From the NCBI RefSeq assembly GCF_963921235.1, contig NC_086097.1:238454001-238518000 (forward strand): 64,000 nucleotides of DNA. The letters are read 5' to 3'. The position numbers were made by a program, and so were the translations under genes. Numbering within the stretch: position 1 is the stretch's first letter; every line of letters begins with the position of its first letter. This document shows positions 62,179 through 64,000 of this stretch, piece by piece. The notes beneath the pieces were generated by a model, which was given only the letters and a program-made list of their open reading frames with translations, did no database searches and was not told the origin of the DNA. This stretch comes from Mobula hypostoma (Eukaryota).

Positions 62179-62914
62179 TTTTTAGCCAAGCAACACATTT
62201 TGTCATATGCATCTCTAGTTTTAAAGATTGTGTGTATGATTGAAGATATGAATGAATCTGATATGCTAAATGGAAATTACTGTAGTCAACAACAGATTTA
62301 AAAATCATGTATTTTATATTTCTGAAATGCTTCTTAATTTACCACAAGTGGAAATTCCACATATTATTTCAGTATTCATAATTTGAAGCTTCATTCACAC
62401 ACCTTCTCCCTACATTGAATGGGTTTATCAAACAATTCTTAAAACTACAAAATACTTCCCAATAAATCTGCTAACAGTTTAATAACTTGGTTTAGAAAAC
62501 ATACTGATATAGGTTCAAACCTGATAAAATATTAAATATGATAAATTACTCTTCTATAACTTCACTAGATGAAGTAAATTACTGTTATACATAACCTGAA
62601 TGTGACAGTGTTCCTGGAGGCCATGGCCAAATCACTGACTTCTTATGAACTTCAAACACTTAACATGCCTTTTATATATAAAAAAAATCTGTCAGCTGAA
62701 GATTGACTGACTGATGGTGGTAGAATTGGGTAAGCAATTCAACTTTACAGTAGCTTGTTAAAAGCTTTCTCCCCCTTGGGTGAGAACATTAATGCTCAAG
62801 TTTATACCAGCATCTAAGTTAAATCTAGTTGACAGTCCTCATTCACAGGAGTGTAATATTTCACTGTCTGAGGTACTATTGAGATTGTTAGTCACATTGT
62901 GATGATGCTAAGAT

Positions 62915-63130
62915 ACACCTATCATCAGTGATGTTACCTGGGGTCATCGGCCGCATCGGGTCTTTCATCATGAGACACCCTCGCCCACGTGACCCTGATC
63001 AGGCCCTGGCTTGTGTCAAATCAGTGTTAGCCCATGGGTCACATCTCTTGATCGACGGCCACCTGAAGGCACACTCATCAACCTCTGTGACAGTACTAAG
63101 GGCTCTTTTCTTTGCAGCATCCATAATACT
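62915..63130 (-). mobile_element. Hero/NeSL-like non-LTR retrotransposon 3' end
   Basis: Minus-strand AAKKRALSTVTEVDECAFRWPSIKRCDPW resembles the AEKASRWLWIKR C-terminus I recall for Hero elements; GC-rich UTR follows. Confidence 0.45.
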
Positions 63131-63377
63131 AAGGAGAGAGTAGGTTCCGTTCAACGGCAAAACCTCTACACCCCATAACCTCTACAGGCTCACTTTGTGT
63201 CTTTCACCCCTGTCTCTGCCACTATTCTACCAGTTCCTGGTAACTGGATTTTTTGACACTCAAACACATCCGCAATCCAGTCTACCCAAGCCAGCGTCAG
63301 TTCTACCGTGACAACAGTCCAAACCTACCAACTATGGCTTTCAATGTGCTTATTTTGGAACTGAAGGAAGGGACTAT

Positions 63378-63920
63378 ACAGCACTGTGCGATAGTCTTAA
63401 GCACATATACTGTATACAGCTGGGGTGCCTAACACTTTTTGCATAGTACTCTATTTGTCAACATGGAGCAGAGAGAGATTTGTAAATCTGGCAGGAACGA
63501 AGGAAGTTGGGAATGGAGAGAGTGGAGCGCTGTGGAAGGAATGTTGGACAGGTGGCAGAGAAGGAGTGTCAGGGGCGGGGAGTGGCGTGGTTGCAGACAC
63601 ACCCCGCCCAGCGACACCAGGCAAAGTCATCTGGTTCCAAACAGTTGGTTTATTGATCATTACAGAATGTCTCTATGGTGTCTCCTGCTCCTTCTCCAGT
63701 TCCTTTCCTTTACACAATTACGATTCCACTCTCCGTGCCCCCTTCCCACTCTCAGACCACAATAGAGACCCAAATCAGAACCGGATTTATCATCACTCAC
63801 ATACGTCATGAAATTTGTTTTTGTTTTATAGCAGCAAATTACATCAAATTACAGCAGTGCTGTGCAAAAGTCTTAGGCACCCTTGCTGTATAGTGTATAT
63901 GTGCCTAAGACTTTTGCACT
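63378..63920. mobile_element. Tc1/mariner-like MITE with palindromic termini, copy 2
   Basis: Both ends carry the tgtgcaaaagtcttaggcac motif as an inverted pair. Confidence 0.72.
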
Positions 63921-64000
63921 GGACAAGACTTCTTGGAATAATTCAGTGAATTATTCGAGAGGTAGTCATGGATTTGGGAGGCTGAGTTCAAGTATGGTAA

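Noticed and set aside
62950..62990. Hammerhead-like look in the Hero-like 3' UTR (minus: ctcatgatgaaagacccga)
   Set aside because: Core is CUCAUGA rather than CUGANGA and the stems do not form
1..64000. CRISPR array, operon or other prokaryotic system
   Set aside because: No regularly spaced repeat-spacer array or dense gene packing; content is that of a vertebrate-type repeat landscape

Overview
Repeat-dense, non-genic eukaryotic DNA (large intron or intergenic), most likely from a cartilaginous fish. That assignment is an inference from the dominance of CR1 LINEs, V-domain SINEs and Penelope-derived repeats. I found no host protein-coding gene I can support, and almost every long ORF in the track is a retroelement or transposase remnant or its antisense shadow. 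The window holds many often nested CR1 and Rex1/Babar-type LINE fragments, an RTE, two restriction-like-endonuclease LINE 3' ends (R4/Dong-like and Hero-like), tRNA-derived SINEs, Tc1, Tigger and hAT DNA elements, and a probable solo LTR. The most notable signal is a family of short Penelope-like element (PLE) derivatives carrying minimal type I hammerhead ribozymes (stem I-CUGANGA-A-stem II-GAAAC-GUC-stem I'). About five copies are near-intact and about ten are decayed, in at least two subfamilies; several are fold-back units or are truncated right at the ribozyme's 5' edge. Hammerheads in PLEs are an established phenomenon, so any novelty lies in this family's architecture. Element boundaries are approximate unless a target-site duplication (TSD) is quoted.
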